A stretch of DNA of 63,663 nucleotides, filler included, from Klebsormidium nitens (GCA_000708835.1; 7 parts of 7 records of this genome joined end to end with filler, not necessarily neighbours in it); one strand, 5' to 3'; positions 1-12,803 are shown, numbered from the whole stretch's first letter. Notes: a model not told the origin generated them from the letters alone. Numbers and translations are program-made.

Positions 1-38
1 AAAGTGCCGACAGTTTTGCTGACGTCACATTGCGCGAG

Positions 39-119
39 AACTTCGAGAGTTTCGCAAAGTTCGAGAGTTTTAGAACTCTCGAAAAACGGCCGAAACTCCC
101 GACCGAAACTCTCGAAGTT
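39..119. repeat. Small foldback: 16-bp perfect inverted repeat enclosing a second hairpin
   Basis: AACTTCGAGAGTTTCG (39-54) is the reverse complement of CGAAACTCTCGAAGTT (104-119). An inner hairpin TTCGAGAGTT...AACTCTCGAA lies at about 60-83. Confidence 0.8.
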
Positions 120-1048
120 TCATCACTGCTAGCTTCGTGGCTCCAGAGTCCAAACACTCACTGTGCAGAAAAGGTTTCTTCAGAAGCTTGATGACATTGT
201 GGTGGGTGACATCACGTCATTCTTGATATAGCTTCTATCGCTCTGCTGGCTTGAAAAGACTAATTTTAAGGGGCAGCGTCCAGCTTTGGGGTCCTGAGAG
301 GTTGACTTATTCGGCGTGATCGTATACAATTGGCAGCCGCTTCTGTGATAGTCCATTGAGGATGGCCTTGAGGATTGCTTTCACAACCTTGCGCAGGGTT
401 ACAAGGAAGCTTCCAGCATTCCTGGAAAGACTGGAGGGTTACACTGCTGGGACCACATTTGACCCCAGCCATTCAGGTGACCCAATCAGCTGCGATTGCC
501 TGATGCCTTTGATTTCCCATTGTGCGGTGATTGACAGAAGCATATGGGGTGGGCCTCCTTTTGGTGCAAGATAGCTAGTGGCAGCTGGCACAAGGAAATG
601 TTATTTAATAGTGTCAATTCTGAACAATGGACAAAGAAAGACTCCAGCACGTCCAGCTGGGCAGCCCGGTCTCTTGCAAGGGTTGTCGCAAAATTACATC
701 GAGCTAAATATTGGCAGAATATAGGTTGTTGTGGTCAGTGTGACACGCAATCTGCTGCCTACTGCAATGACCACTCCCAGCTCTCTCCAGGAGGGCGTCC
801 AACTGTTCCTTTGCTCCTAATAACTGCGTACCCACCAATTTGTTGGCCTGCTGGATTCCCTTGCCTGATGGCTAACCTTTCCCCATCTCTTTGCAGCCCC
901 CCACTGCTCAACTTGGCAGCGCCAAACCCCCTGTCGCTGGTTTCAGTTGTCCGCCCCCGCCCCTTACAATCTCGCTACCCATGTCCCCCAGCCAAAGAGC
1001 AAGTCAATCCTTAAACCTTCCAGGCCTAGAAAGCCTCCGGAGTTTGAC

Positions 1049-4000
1049 ATGCGGGCATACCTGGCAGAAGGGGGCGCAAAGAAACCCTGGTATCAGATGA
1101 TGGTTGAGCTGGCGGTCGCGGAGGACCAGGGGTTCTTCCTACATCCGGCCGACATCAACCGCCTGGTGGTGCACCACTTTGCCCTTCTGTTATTTTTTCG
1201 CATGCCCCCTTTCTGTTTTCGAATTCCCGTTCTAATCTCTGCTCTGGAAATTCTCTTTTTACCCTAGCTTTCGAGGCAGCTACTAGACCATTGGTACACC
1301 ATTAGAGAACCGTTAAGGTGTTGACTTTACTTTGCATTGGCTGCTGGCTCGACCTGTCTCTGCAGTAATCAGCCGGGGCCCCAGGGGAGTTGACTCGTTC
1401 GTTATACTTGCCTTTTGTGCTGTGAGTGTGTTCGTCGTAAGACACAGGGAATCCCTTGGACTGAGAACAACAGCTGTATCTCCTGAAACAGCGTTCACAA
1501 TTCCCAGGTTTGGTGTCCCTCTCCCCGGTCTCTAGCAATCTCCCCAGCATTGCCTCAAACCCTCCTAATCTCCGCTGATCACCACTTGCATCAAGTGCCA
1601 TCTTTTGTAACGTGTTTCCCTCTACTTTGCTTCTGCAGCGAAGGTGTGCAATGGAGGACAATCACGAGGCCGCTCTTGAAACCTACGTCAACTACCAGGA
1701 CGCCAAGTTTTGGCCCGGCCGCTTTCTACCGTCGAGGCAAAGGACCGACATCGCGCTCCGGGCTACAAACATTTTGTTGGGACTCTTCTATCACAATCGG
1801 AAGCAGTAAGTCATGGCAATCTGACTCCCAGACTTACTACCGGCTGGAGGGTACTTGAGAAGCTTATACAGCTGTCTGCTGCTTACTGGACGTGACCATT
1901 TTGAAAGAGCTTGTTTGACTCGCGTCCATTAAATCTGTGTGTGGCAATACCCTTGATTGTGAGCTTGCGCCCGTTGCGGTTTGACAAGCCTTCATGTACG
2001 CCAGTGAGAAGCTGGAGGGTCTGCAGGCGCTAGCGAGAAAGATAACGATTTCCTTATCGAAGGACTGACGACACGGCTTCTTTATCAGTGACTCCTCTTG
2101 ACACGACTGCACCGGCTCAACCACGTGCTTCTCGACTCGGTTTAGCAATCTGTTTGTTTCTCCAGGTTTTTGAGCTTAGCGATCTGTTTGTCTCTCAAAG
2201 TTTCTGAAGGCATCCTTTCAGCAAACTTGCAATCTTCTGGAGATTACCGTGAATTTCTTTGAGATTCTCTCATCCGAAAGTTGATCTCAAATGTCGCAGA
2301 GTTGATTGCTGTCTGGTACTCCCACAGGCGATAATTCTCCACAATACTTCTAAGGAACTCTTTCACAAGAACGAAGTTAACAGTGACAACGTACACCCGT
2401 ACATTTCTCTGCTCTGCAACCATGCCCACCCTAAACACCCACCCTATACCACTTGTTATGGTCTCACAATGTGAGCTCATCGTAAGTAAAATAGAGACCA
2501 ATGTACAGGCGGGCATTGGACCTCGTTGCGGAGCTGAGTGAGGACGTGGGCAGCCGGCACACCCTCTTTGACCTGGTGAGCCAGACCTTCTCTGTGCGTG
2601 TTACGGCTTTTGCTCATGATTCGAGTGACTCTTACTGGCTTCGACTCTATGGGGATTGTTTGGTATCACAAAAGTAAATGAATTTGTTCCTGGCTTGCTC
2701 GTAGAGTCGGGTCGTTGGAAGTCATTACGCGGAGTTTGCAGTTCCGATTGCAGTCGCTTTTATTCGACCCCGTTCGTCAGTAGCACATTCCTGCCGCTCC
2801 ACCTGTCACGTGAATCGGGTTTGGTCACAGTAAGCCGGGTATTAGGACGCTCATTTAAACGTAAATCGAATTCCTGTAAGAGTGGAGACTCAGATATTAC
2901 AATGCAATTCCATTTGTGTCTCCCCTCCACTAGGGAGGCGGTCTGAACGGAGTCTTTACAGGCTTTCTGTTGACTCCCGCCCTGACTCTGTTGGGCGGGA
3001 CGTAGATTCTAGGCCCTCTTTAACATATATTAAATCTCTCCTCGGAGAAGCAACTGGTCTCTTAATCTGCCTGAAAAGTAGTGCACGCTCCTCACATCTC
3101 TGCCGTTATCTTCAAAGAAGCCGACGTTTCATCCCGCCTCCTCAAACCCCGGACGCCCTGCCCCTCGCCACTAGTTGCCAATCCAGAGCGCCCTGCTCGA
3201 CTTCAGCGGTCGGTGCTATCGGCCGGGCCCTTTCAACATCAAACTCTGAGTCTCCTTCCTATTCCTGTTCGATTGCGGCCCCGATCGTTACCAGAAGCTT
3301 GTCCGCTGCCTTTCGTTGGCCAGGAGGTTTCCCTGCCACTCTTACACTACTGCTACTTTTCCATCACCTCCTTTGTACTCTCCTACGACGCCCCAGTACT
3401 CCAAAACTCTCTGCCTTTAAGCGGCCGGGAGGCTGCCCCGGACACTCCTCGACTCAGGCCTCTCCTCTTTCTCGCGCCCCTCGTTGCCAATGTGAAAGTG
3501 CGCCCGACATCTGTGAGCGGTCGGTAGTCTCTCCCGGGCCCTCTTCCTGGTACAGTAATAGGAGCTTGTGGCAGCTGACCAATATGGTCGTCTTTCGCCT
3601 CTTTAGAAGCTGGTTCAGCATCTAAACAACCATACTCAAGCAGCTCCAACTTTGCTGCCCGGTTGCGCCTCTGATAATCTGGGCTAAGCAGTTGGGTAGT
3701 AGCCACACCATGTTCTGATTCCTCTCTATCGCCCCCCTAGTTACTCCTCCAATGCGCTCGAAATGGCGACGAGTCCGAAGACCAGCGCGGCGACGGGGTC
3801 CGGCAGCTCACGGTTAGGGACGGCTTAAGCATCGTCGACAGCATGGTTAGCATCGGGTTACGGCCGACCCGGATCGGAATGGAGGCGCTGATCGACTGCT
3901 GCGATGCAGCGCTGGACGCGAAAATGGCGGAGGAGATTGTGCGGCGGATGGAGAAAGAGTACGGGCTGCCGCCGACGATTATAACGCTCGTCAGGTGAGG

Positions 4001-4883
4001 GGCCGAACTAGAATCGGAACGGTCTTCTGAGTAGGGACGTTGTGAGATGGTTGGTCGTTATGACCTGCGTTCAGCAGAGGCCTGCAAGCTTGCAGCCTTC
4101 TGTAGTTGCGTCCTGTTTGATGATGAAGACCTGTTTGCGCAAGCGCCTTCAAAAAAGCGAAGCCGTTGAGAAGACGACGCTTCTGTAGGCGACGACTTTG
4201 TCGAGCAACGCGTCCTGTTTTTTTGAAATGTCGCATCTGGTCGTTGAAGCTGTGCATGAAAGGAAACCTTCCCCTTTCATTGCGCAACAAAATGTCAGAC
4301 TCGACAAAGTCCAATGTCAGACGTGCCCGACTCTTTCCTGGAGAAAATGAAAAAAGAATCAGGTTGCACGCTTTCAGACCAGTTTAGTCCACCATTTCAA
4401 CTTTTGCCTGTCGAGCTCGTGACCCCGTCCGCTCTGAAAAGGACGTCTGCGAACTGGATCTGCGGCAGGACTCGACTTCATGATCACAAAGAGCAATCAG
4501 GTGACTGCAACACCTGTTATCAAGTCACCGCCGGCAGACTGGTCCTCAGCGCTGCCTTTCGCGACTGATCGACCTCAGAAGACTATTTTCTCGATCTCAG
4601 TTGCCTCTTTTTTCGCAGGCTGCTGCGAGCCTGTGTGAACGCCGAGGACGAAGACCGGGCGCTCCGAGTGCTCAACAGACTCCCCCGGGAGGACGTAAAA
4701 ACCGTGGACATGCAGCTGTTCGTCATGCAGACGCTTCAGCTGCAGTACGAACAGGCGGCCGAGAGCCGGGAGGCCGCCGAGGCGCCCGGGAGTATGCCCC
4801 AGCTGCGTATGAAGTTAGACGAGCTTCTGCACGAAGTGCCTGTCAGCAGTAGACATCACGTTCAGTGCAGTAATCTGAGGTAA
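1049..4883 (+). pseudogene. Multi-exon PPR-like (helical repeat) gene, probably decayed in its 5' half
   Basis: Candidate exons join in phase at GT/AG sites: ~1049-1168, 1639-1805, 1832-1890, ~2005-2140 (needs one frameshift and has a stop), 2509-2575, 3741-3994 and 4619-4883. They give PPR-like helices such as INRLV|RRCAMEDNHEAALETY, TNILLGLFYHNRKQLTTGWRVLEKL and TLFDL|LLLQCARNG. The 5' start is uncertain. Confidence 0.5.
3741..4883 (+). CDS. Last two exons of the PPR-like protein (3741-3994, 4619-4883)
   Basis: Intron 3995-4618 (GTGAG...TTTCGCAG) joins in frame as ITLVR|LLRAC. The translation GLRPTRIGMEALIDCCDAALDAKMAEEIVRRMEKEYGLPPTIITLVRLLRACVNAEDEDRALRVLNRL has P-type PPR spacing. Confidence 0.75.
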
Positions 4884-4950
4884 TGTTTTCGGTGAAGACA
4901 AACTGGCGGGGGCAGCGACTTTGATCAGCCTTGCCCTTCACTCTGTACAT

Positions 4951-7900
4951 TCAAGATCGGCACAACTCTTCTCTGACTCCGTGCAACCTCAACGCTTTGC
5001 AGTTTCTGAGAGGTGGGAGCCTTAGATCCGCATTCGAAACATGATGGGTCATGGCTCTTGAATGATAGACTACCAAGCCTGCGTTAAGGTCATCCATGAA
5101 CCCGTTTGCAAGACTATCCGTGACCATGACATGATTCAGTTGGTCGACTCCGAAGAAGCTGTCACTGAGGTAAAAGCACGCCAACTACATGTAACTACAT
5201 GCAAGCCGTGATTACGCATCGCATGCAATTGTTGCTTTAAGTGACATGATCCATCGGCCAGAGGATCGAACGCGGAGATGGCTACACAAGATGCATGCAG
5301 TTGTTCATAGCATGCATGCACTTCTACAATGATTTGCGGGTGCGCGGCGAGCATGCTTCTCTCATGCAGTTGCAAAGCATGCAGGCGTCATTGAAAATGA
5401 TTTCTATCTCGAGCCACCGACACCGTGCCCGCCTGCCGGCAGATGAGATGCAGAACAGTGATACTCGGAAATCAAGCTGTTGCAAACCGGCATGCGCAAT
5501 ACATATACACAGCCTGATATTGCAAGTCCAGTGCGTTCCGCTGCCAATCCTGAAATCAAACAGCTTTTCTGACGAGCTTGACCACGATCACGGCCGTATG
5601 AACGTGATCACTCGATGCAAAGCTGTCTACTCAAGTCGCTGTTCGCGCAGCCTCGCAACAGAGTGATAAGCTGGATTTGATACCCAGCGCTTCGAGGATA
5701 TGCCGCAGCCGGCCCCATGCCTATTCGAACCGGGGGCTGACTCCATGCCCATTCCGAATGGGAGCTAATAATTGGCCAGCTGGTTCCCCCACCACAGGGC
5801 TTCCCCGCTGGGTCCCCCGGGTCCCCCGGCTCCCCCTTAATTCTCCCCTCCCCCGCTGGTTCCCCCGGCGTCCCCCCCCGGGCTAGCCCCCATGAGAAAG
5901 TGCCCCAGCTCTTGGGTATCGTCTTATTCAAAATCCAGTCCTCCGTGGTCAAACACACTGGCTTCCCACGGGTCCAGCTCAGAACCCCCATCGCCGTCAA
6001 GCTGGGCCACTGCAGTGTTCAGATCCAGGAGCGGCCGGTGAAAAGCATCAAGCACACCCAGCGCTATTCTATAAACGCGGGCCTTAGCATCCCTGTTGCA
6101 GTCAGCCGGCTTGTAACCTTCCAACAGGTCGGCCGTGTTGTCCAGCTTGTCAGACTTGTCTCTGCAGTCCCAGAGGAGGTCTACAATCTGATCCTCCGTT
6201 TCTCGTGAATCGTTCTTACAAATCACCTGCAGGTTGAGAAATCTGATTAGATCTGCATTCCAAAATCGACGAGAACATCTTACACCATTGCCCAACAAAT
6301 CGCTGCCGCTACAGCTTAGATGGTGCCAGATCTACGAGAACACATTGAAACAGATCTGGTAAACTTGCAGCAAATGCCCTCCTCGTTGGACATATGTTGT
6401 AATTACAATGATAACCAATCTATCCTGATAGAGCTCAACACACTGAAGACAAAAAAACCAAAGAACGCCATTACCCAAATGTTCTTTCCGATTGCGAATC
6501 TGGATGAGTCTGAATGTGAGTCAGCTCCCTCTCTCCGATCAATCCAGCTGGAACAACTTGTCCTTGCAACCCCAAATGGGGCGCCCTTGACATGGAACTG
6601 ACAAATGATGCAGGGTGAAACACGAATGTAATACCTTTGCGAAGTCCCTGCTCAGAAGAATGCGCTGCAGTTCTTTGTTGGCCCCGCCAGGTCCCCTCTC
6701 GCCAAAGCGATTGAAGTGTTTGAGAATGACGTCTTTGGGGTCGTCGGAAACTCGCCGCTCCAAAGCCCTCCGGACCGCCTTCTCAACAATGTGCCTATCC
6801 ACTTGAGGGTAGAGGGTTAACAGCGGACTTGGAGGCCTTATAGCACACTCTGCCCCGCTCGAAAGCATCCTGGGGAGCCCTGGCTGCAGCACACTGCTGA
6901 CACCTGCAAAGGCAGTAACATATCGTTTGTTGAGAAATCAAAGGTCCAAGTTCCAACCTTTATTAAGCCCCAAATCCATAAACCTGGTGGAGAAATGTTC
7001 CAGCCCATGCTTTGCTGCCTATCCAACTACCGATGCCCCTGCCCTTGGAAAGCAAACCAGATTCCGACTTAAGCTTGAGCGGAGGCATCCGCTCTTTGGG
7101 CAGCACTTTCACAACACTGAAATCTATCGAAAGGCCCTGAGGGATCCCTTCGCCGCCCTGCTCATAAACATATAAGCCTGAGGTGAAGGATGGCAAAGGG
7201 CTATTGGGGCCCTTTCTTACGAAGCAACTCATCTTCGTAAGAAAGCCCTGAACTGGGCTCACTTTCAGCAGGCGGACTCCTGCCCAGATTTCGGCCTCCT
7301 GCCTCAAGCTCCATGCCACCATTCTCCAATCTGGACTCCACCTCCATAGCCTCCTCCTCCGATCTCCTCCTCTTCTGGGAAGGGCCACCCAACCCTGCAA
7401 AAGTCGGAGCTTCCAACTGCGCACAGGAGATACATTAGACATATATAAGGGTGCCATCATATAATACATAATTGAGGCAAGGAAGTCGGAGCTGGGCCAT
7501 GTATTCGCATGCATGTGTCTTGTTGGCCTTGACCCAAATTGCTTCACAGCAAGTCGTTTGCCAAGGCAAGTGTCAGCGCGTTATGCAGCAACTGCAGGTT
7601 CACATCCATAGTGCAAAAGCAGCGATATTTAATGTTCAAACCCTGCACAACAAGAACACGGAGCCAACTGCTCACCCTGAGGGCTACATCTGGTTGCTGT
7701 TGCGGGGCCTCCTGCTCACTGTCACGTTGCTCAGAGTTACTGGTAGCAACCTGAAAATATGGTTGCACTCGTCAGTAGCGAAACCTGCACCATTTTGACC
7801 GAGTCCCTTGAGCAGCTAACAGCAATGGTCCTTTTTCCTTGCATATGGCAAGCGGTCAACTGGCAAAAAGCAGGCTGCTAGTCACAACTAAGGGGTTCCT

Positions 7901-9772
7901 TGATCAGACATGCCGCATATGTTGTGCTCAAGCAGCCTTGAAGTACTCCCAATGCAAGGAAGTTCACTGAGGGGAGATCAGGAGGAGAGACTGGCAAACC
8001 AAATCATCTTTGTTTGGTTTTAGAGCGTTTCAAAGCAAGCACTGATAGAGCATTGGCATGCTGACCACGCCGGGTGTTGTCATGTTGACGTCGTTTGCTC
8101 CGTCTTCTGGTATCAAATTTGGTGCTTTATCCGGTGCCGACTGAAGGAGGTTCGACATGGTTGGATATGCAGAGCTGCCTCTTAAGTACCTAGCAACATT
8201 CCCCTCGGAAATGGAACAGCCTGAAAAGCAGAAACTGAATAGTCAGGCTGTCAAGAGAAGTCACTTCTCCATGTTCGCAAACCCTTGGGAGAACTTAAGT
8301 ATGCCCTGCAATGTTCACAAATGACTAAGCCCTCTTAGAAGGCCAACAGAAAGATGTCAAACCTTAAGTGGCTAATCAACCCCTGGTATACGGCAAAGGG
8401 GCTTGGCGCACTTCCTAGAGAACTCCTTCGCACGATGCAATCACTTTTAAGGGGATTCAAGGCATTTATTGCTTTAAGAGCCTTTTGATCGCCAAAGGAA
8501 GAATGGCTTGCAAAGAAAAGCATCCAGACTGGACAAAAATCTGATACAAGAGGGTGCACTAACCAACGAGAAGTCAGCCATCTCCAAGATATCTCCTTTT
8601 CTCCGAGTAACCTACTGACAACTTTGCCGGGGCACTATTCGACCATCAAACCATACCTTCACTACGTACGGGAGCTCGTTCGCTGACACGTTCAGCGTGG
8701 CCCATCGCTGGCAATGCATTAACCCCTTGGCCAGCGACAATCGGGTTCTGTGTCAGTAGACCCGCGGCAAAGATTTGCAGGCCCTTTCCTGCATGTTGGT
8801 TGAATGAAAAAGTGTTGACAGGCTGGTCACTTCAACCGTTTGTGTCGAGTCAACAGATGCCACCTCTGAACGCATCTGGTCTCTATGCTAGCAAATTTCT
8901 CAGAATCCAGGTCACATAGAGGTCTTGCGATCAGAATCTTCATTCAAGACCTTAGTGTACTCCCTATTCCTGAGGAGCAAGTTTTCAATGTCTTCAGGGA
9001 CTTCAACATTGTGATAGCAGCACTGCAAGAGGCATAGAGAAAAGGTCAAACCATTTGTCGTCAACTCACCGTCCCGTATAATCTCCTGCAGTGGGTACAT
9101 TGGGGGACCGGCATTGCCCAGAATTGCCTCTTGCTCAAAAACAGACCGGATGAAGCGTACTCTCAGGACATTCCCTCGTTCCCCCAGCTTTTTGAAGGAC
9201 TCTGGGTCATTCAAAGGCACCTTTTCTGGCCAGCTCAAATACTGCCTGATGTTGCATTGTTCCGAGCACTGCCAATTGCCTAGACACTCCTCTTTCAGGC
9301 CAAGGATGTGTTCGGCAATGTCTTCTCGAATCTTGACCTCCTTTTCCTCCAGAACTTCCCCACCCCCAGCACGCTGCAAAAGCCGCCAGAAGGCTACGGC
9401 CTCCAAACGATGCAGCCTGTCTGAGGGGCTCGCCAGATCAACCAGACCTAGCCTTCTCTTTGATGGATGTTGCATCTTCCAACCTTCATCCCAACGCAAC
9501 AAGACTTGCAGGTCCACAAGCTGTGGCTCGGAGGCCGCAGCCATTGATAGGGGAGCTGATGCTAGGAGGAAAGCAACACTGAAAGCGGGAGGTGGGTCCC
9601 AAACTACAAAGCATTGGCCTGACACTGGCCACAACCGAATCGAGCCCAGAAAACGTCGACTAATATTGAATGCAGCTGGTACAATATTGGATCTGAAGAC
9701 GCGTGAGGTCAGGCTTCTCAGACAGGCAGCAAGTCCCAGCGCCTGAGATTCAGATGAAAAAGTCTCAAGCAC
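4951..9772 (-). pseudogene. Decayed multi-kb coding relic of unknown family, possibly transposon-borne
   Basis: A series of same-strand protein-like ORF fragments (8912-9772, 8335-8559, 7544-7768, 6539-6892, 5924-6298, 4951-5184) is separated by stops and frameshifts. Weak Ulp1/C48-like motifs occur near the 3' end (GTHWT ~5525-5540, FDPL ~5260, ACFYL ~5175). Confidence 0.35.
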
Positions 9773-10219
9773 TAAAAGTATGTATCCTAATTAGAAAGTT
9801 GGAGATGGCAGACCGTGATATGTAAGTGGCAAACATGAGCAGAATTGGAGAACACTGTTGATGCTTTGAAGCAATGGTAGACTCGATTTCGAAGCTTTCT
9901 GAAGTTGAAGGACGAAGAAAGATATCGGAGCAAAAGGCGTGTTGAGGGTGGCACCAGCAGCCACAGTCCACTCGGGTCAGTGTATCTACTATCCTATCAT
10001 GCACCCGGCAGCACACCCCATGGCCCGCCGCCCATGGCCCATACATGTATTTTCCGCCGTGGCCCGTGGGCGCAGTACGCCGCAGTTGCCTACCGGTATA
10101 GTACCGGTACTACATAAGTACGGTACCGTAGGTGCCTGTATGTGACGGTACTACCTACAAACAGTAATGCAAATACGGTATACCTAGGTACGTAGTAACG
10201 TACCTAGGTACCTACCGTA

Positions 10220-10472
10220 CTGCCATTCCCATTCGCACCATGCTGGTGCGAATATTTATTTCCGAAAGTTTTTTGTTTTCGCACCGGCTTCAAATAATCT
10301 TCAAAATTTTCGCAAGAGACCCATTTTTCTTTTTTTTACCACTCGAAAAAGCCACAAATGTGACTTTTCTAATTGTTTTCTTATTTCGCATTTTCGCACC
10401 TCAGTCGCAATTTAGTTTATTCTTTTTCGCAGTGGCCTTAAATAATTATTTTAGTGCGAATGGGAATGGCTG
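10220..10472. mobile_element. MITE, Tc1/mariner-type (TA-flanked), ~253 bp
   Basis: TA-CTGCCATTCCCATTCGCACCA at the left end and TAGTGCGAATGGGAATGGCTG-TA at the right end: a 21-bp TIR with 2 mismatches, an AT-rich interior and no ORF. Confidence 0.8.
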
Positions 10473-10485
10473 TACGGTACCTGAG

Positions 10486-10529
10486 CTACCGTACCTACCT
10501 ACCTACCTACCTACCTACCGTACCTACCT
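10486..10529. repeat. (TACC)n microsatellite
   Basis: A run of CTAC/TACC units lies immediately right of the first MITE. Confidence 0.85.
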
Positions 10530-10705
10530 CAGATGTAGGTACCGTATATGCACTGAGGCAGCCGCCGTGACATGATTGAACACTTCAATGGAGCCTCGCC
10601 CACCGTCCGATGAGTTCGGAGGGACAAGTTCCAAGGGCGAATTATCAATCGCAAAAAATGGCAATGCAGTCGCTAATACCCGATTGCTGGTATTTGTTCG
10701 ATATA

Positions 10706-11015
10706 CCGTAGTGAAAAGGTATGAAGCCGAAAAAATAAATAATTGTTTACCATTCGGCAAGTTACATGACCTGTTTTTCATTCGGCAATTGGTTTTCGAA
10801 TTTGATAAATAATTGCTCAATTGGGGTCGGATTTTCTTGATATTATTGCCGGGCAGCCTCATCAACGCACTTTTGGGGCAAAGAAGCCCTCGGGGAGAGC
10901 TACCGAGCACATTCGGATTCAGGGTCGGTCTCTTTAAATAAATCGGTAAAATAGGTCGTATTTGAGTAAATAATTACCATTTTGAACCATTCGGCATCAT
11001 ACCTTTCCACTACCG
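10706..11015. mobile_element. Second MITE, Tc1/mariner-type (TA-flanked), ~310 bp
   Basis: TA-CCGTAGTGAAAAGGTATGAAGCCGAA at the left end and TTCGGCATCATACCTTTCCACTACCG-TA at the right end: a 26-bp TIR with 3 mismatches and an AT-rich interior. Confidence 0.8.
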
Positions 11016-12080
11016 TAGTTCAAACTTCATAGTTTGTACGCGCGTACCTACTACCCATCCACGTGCCCAATCCGACTCGCGCGCGCAAAATCACCGATCG
11101 TACGCGGCGGTCGACCGTCGAGCGGCTGCCCGTGGCGGGTCAACCGGGCACTATTTTGTTGCGCGGAAGCTGTACTATTAGTGGCCGGGGCAGGCGAAAG
11201 TTTGAACAACTTTGAGAACTTGAATCTCAACTCGGATTGGTCAGAACTCCGAACTTGGAAATTGTGACACTATCGAGTCAAACATGAACTTCTCCGCAAC
11301 AACTCTCGTTGATTTCGGCAACGGTCTGTGGAGGCGGAAACGGGAGAGGACGTACAGGTGCAATACAAGGCAATGCCACGCCTGACGGCGCTTGATGGCA
11401 TTGCCAAAAGCTGTTCGTGCGATTCGGCAGCTCGAGCTTGGAACGGCTGGCCGCTGCCACGTGGTTGCTGCACTTCCGACTGTGTGGACATCCGATCGGC
11501 GATAACAATTCGTGACTCGGAGTCTGCTGTACGTAGAGTGAGGTCTCCACAGTCCAGGCCACAGAGGCCAGGGTTTCCCATTTTCGGCAGCCAGTCATTG
11601 AGCCGGCACTCGGTGGTTTCTACCGGCCAGAACTTCCTCACGGCCTTCAAGGCGGCGGCGGCGGCGGCGGCCTTCAAGTTGTGCCGGCCCGGTCCCCAAA
11701 AAAGCGCATGTATGATGTGATGGAACTCAAGCGATTTATGGCGCTCAGTGCTATTATTTTGGACAAAGATATGGCCGTTCTGGGCTGTTTGGAAATCGGC
11801 AGGGGAAAATGTCAAAATGACCAGTTTATAGCCGGATTTTCATGCATTTGGATTATCAGATCAGCCGGTGGGGTGTGGTTTCTACCGATTGCCATGAGCT
11901 GGCAAGCGAGCCAGCAGGGTGCATTCGGCATCGGCTCTTCTCCAACCGGCCGAGATCGCCACTTATTAAAGCACGCTACGGGAATCCCTACTAGGTACTC
12001 GGACTTCGAATCTTGGATGCTTGCCTTGCGCTGTCGACCATATGCCATCGCCGCATCGATCGGACGTTTGTCTGATGTCT

Positions 12081-12201
12081 AAGGCTCCACAAAGCAAGGC
12101 TCCACAAAGCAAGGCTCCACAGAGCCTTGCTTTGCGGAGCAAGGCTCCACATCCACAGAGCCTTGCTTTAAGGCTCCACAGAGCCTTGCTTTGTGGAGCT
12201 T
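12081..12201. repeat. Mixed direct and inverted array of the 15-nt unit AAGGCTCCACAAAGC
   Basis: Tandem AAGGCTCCACAAAGC copies alternate with the reverse-complement form GAGCCTTGCTTTG(T/C)GGAGC. Confidence 0.85.
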
Positions 12202-12463
12202 GCCGCCTACACCGGAAATTGATTTGAGAGTGATCCGGGTTAAGCTTAACCGTTATGGATGTAGTAGACTGTAGCTGCTGACTGTAGACAGTAGCGCAGT
12301 GTAGCCTGTAGGCTGTAGCCTTGGGCAATACGGTACGCAGTCGAATTCCGGGCCCCGTCGTAGGTATCAGTCTCCTAAAGTGTCGACATCAATTTGTAGC
12401 TCGTGGAACGTCCGATGGCTCCTCCGGTGCCTCGGCAACCGTCAGATCCAAGTCCCTCCCTCA

Positions 12464-12563
12464 GGATTTCACGCCTTGTTTCCCGATCTGGCAGCTAGGA
12501 TTTCACGCCTTGTTTCCCGATCTGGCAGCTAAGATTTCACGCCTTGTTTCCCGATCTGCAGCT
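12464..12563. repeat. 34-nt tandem repeat, 3 copies
   Basis: GGATTTCACGCCTTGTTTCCCGATCTGGCAGCTA occurs three times head to tail with no spacers. Confidence 0.9.
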
Positions 12564-12803
12564 GTGATACAAGCTCGCTCTTTCTGCAGGGCCAAGTGCA
12601 ATGGGCACGAGTTGCAGGATACAAGTAAGCGGAATTCCGCTGAATCAGGGCCAGATAAAAGCAGCATTGCAGCTCACTTCTTGACATTCTCCAGATTTCA
12701 TTTNNNNNNNNNNNNNNNNNNNNNNNNNNNNNNNNNNNNNNNNNNNNTTAATTAATTAANNNNNNNNNNNNNNNNNNNNNNNNNNNNNNNNNNNNNNNNN
12801 NNN

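Noticed and set aside
5608-6000. Collagen-like GEPGDPGDP segment
   Set aside because: It has only a few G-x-y triplets arising from a C-rich low-complexity tract, with no sustained periodicity.
12464-12563. 34-nt repeat as a CRISPR repeat
   Set aside because: The copies are head to tail with no spacers.
12748-12759. TTAATTAATTAA recurring in the middle of most N runs (also near 35812, 47580, 53090, 59134 and 62328)
   Set aside because: It is an artificial scaffolding linker with stops in all six frames, not a biological repeat.
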